A stretch of 64,000 bases of DNA. Source: Narcine bancroftii. Lineage: Eukaryota. Location of the stretch: positions 24,490,001 to 24,554,000 of the forward strand of contig NC_091476.1 of assembly GCF_036971445.1 (NCBI RefSeq), given 5' to 3'. Numbering within the stretch: position 1 is the stretch's first letter; each line of letters starts with the position of its first letter. The notes beneath the pieces were generated by a model. The model was given only the letters and a program-made list of their open reading frames with translations. It was not told the DNA's origin and did no database searches. The translations under genes and the position numbers were made by a program. Of the stretch, positions 63,430 to 64,000 are shown piece after piece.

Positions 63430-64000
63430 GAGGTCAAACCTTCACTAACCATCTTAGCCATCTTGGTGAGAGAATTCCAACAATTGCTCTTCTTGGTAAA
63501 GAAATCTGTTCTTGTCTCTTTTCCAAATTGCTGACTCATTGTTTTGAAATGTTTAGCCCCAGATTTGAGATGTACAACCAAGAGAAACAATAACTTCACA
63601 TCTACCCTGCTAAGCAAATGAAATTATTGTGAATTTCAATGAGACTCTTGTTCCCTGGACTTGGAACATATAGGTCTGATCTGCTTAATTTCTCCTTTTA
63701 TAACAACTGCTCGTCCAATGTATCAATCAGGTGCTACACTCCCAGGATTGCAAATATATTTGTCTTTGGGTAGTGAGACCAGACCTTTCTGCGGTGTTCC
63801 AGATGTGGTCTCAGCAGGTTTCTACATAATTGGAGCAAGGTGCCTCTCCTCATGAATCCAATCCTTTTGCAATAAAGGCCAACATACTGCTTGCCTTGCT
63901 AATTGCTTGCTGAGTCTACATATTAACTTTGAGTGGTTCTTGTATAAGGGCATTCAAGTTCCCCTGATTTCCAATCTCTTGCCATTTTTTAAAATAAAAC
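63430..64000 (-). mobile_element. Decayed CR1 LINE
   Basis: TDFFTKKSNCWNSL on the minus strand; ccagatgtggtctc and gcaataaaggccaacatac motifs. Confidence 0.6.

Noticed and set aside
1-64000. Prokaryotic systems (CRISPR arrays, operons, defence islands)
   Set aside because: The window is intron-containing vertebrate DNA; no regularly spaced repeat-spacer array or operon-like ORF cluster is present.

Overview
Eukaryotic, AT-rich vertebrate DNA, most likely from a cartilaginous fish (inferred from HE1/V-SINE-type, CR1, RTE and Penelope repeat content). Gene order read from the sequence: the last two coding exons of BCORL1 (+), a Spot14-family MID1IP1-like gene (-), a complete 7-coding-exon TSPAN6/7-type tetraspanin (-, 249 aa) with a CpG-island promoter, and a probable first coding (signal-peptide) exon of SRPX2 (+). 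This mirrors the human SRPX-RPGR-OTC-TSPAN7-MID1IP1-BCOR block. The rest is mostly decayed transposons: Tc1, pogo/Tigger and hAT MITEs, Tx1, L1, CR1, RTE, Rex-Babar, Penelope, Gypsy with solo LTRs, and tRNA- and 5S-derived SINEs. The main leads are: (1) a collinear chain of heavily decayed RCC1-repeat motifs between TSPAN6 and SRPX2, where a lost RPGR ohnolog is predicted; (2) a 5S-rRNA-headed SINE that shares its tail with other elements; (3) a Gypsy element whose PBS position pairs with its own LTR; (4) a CpG-rich gene-like insert beside a perfect 75-bp duplication; (5) hammerhead-like motifs in Penelope repeats. All homology calls are by eye from remembered sequences; no searches were run.
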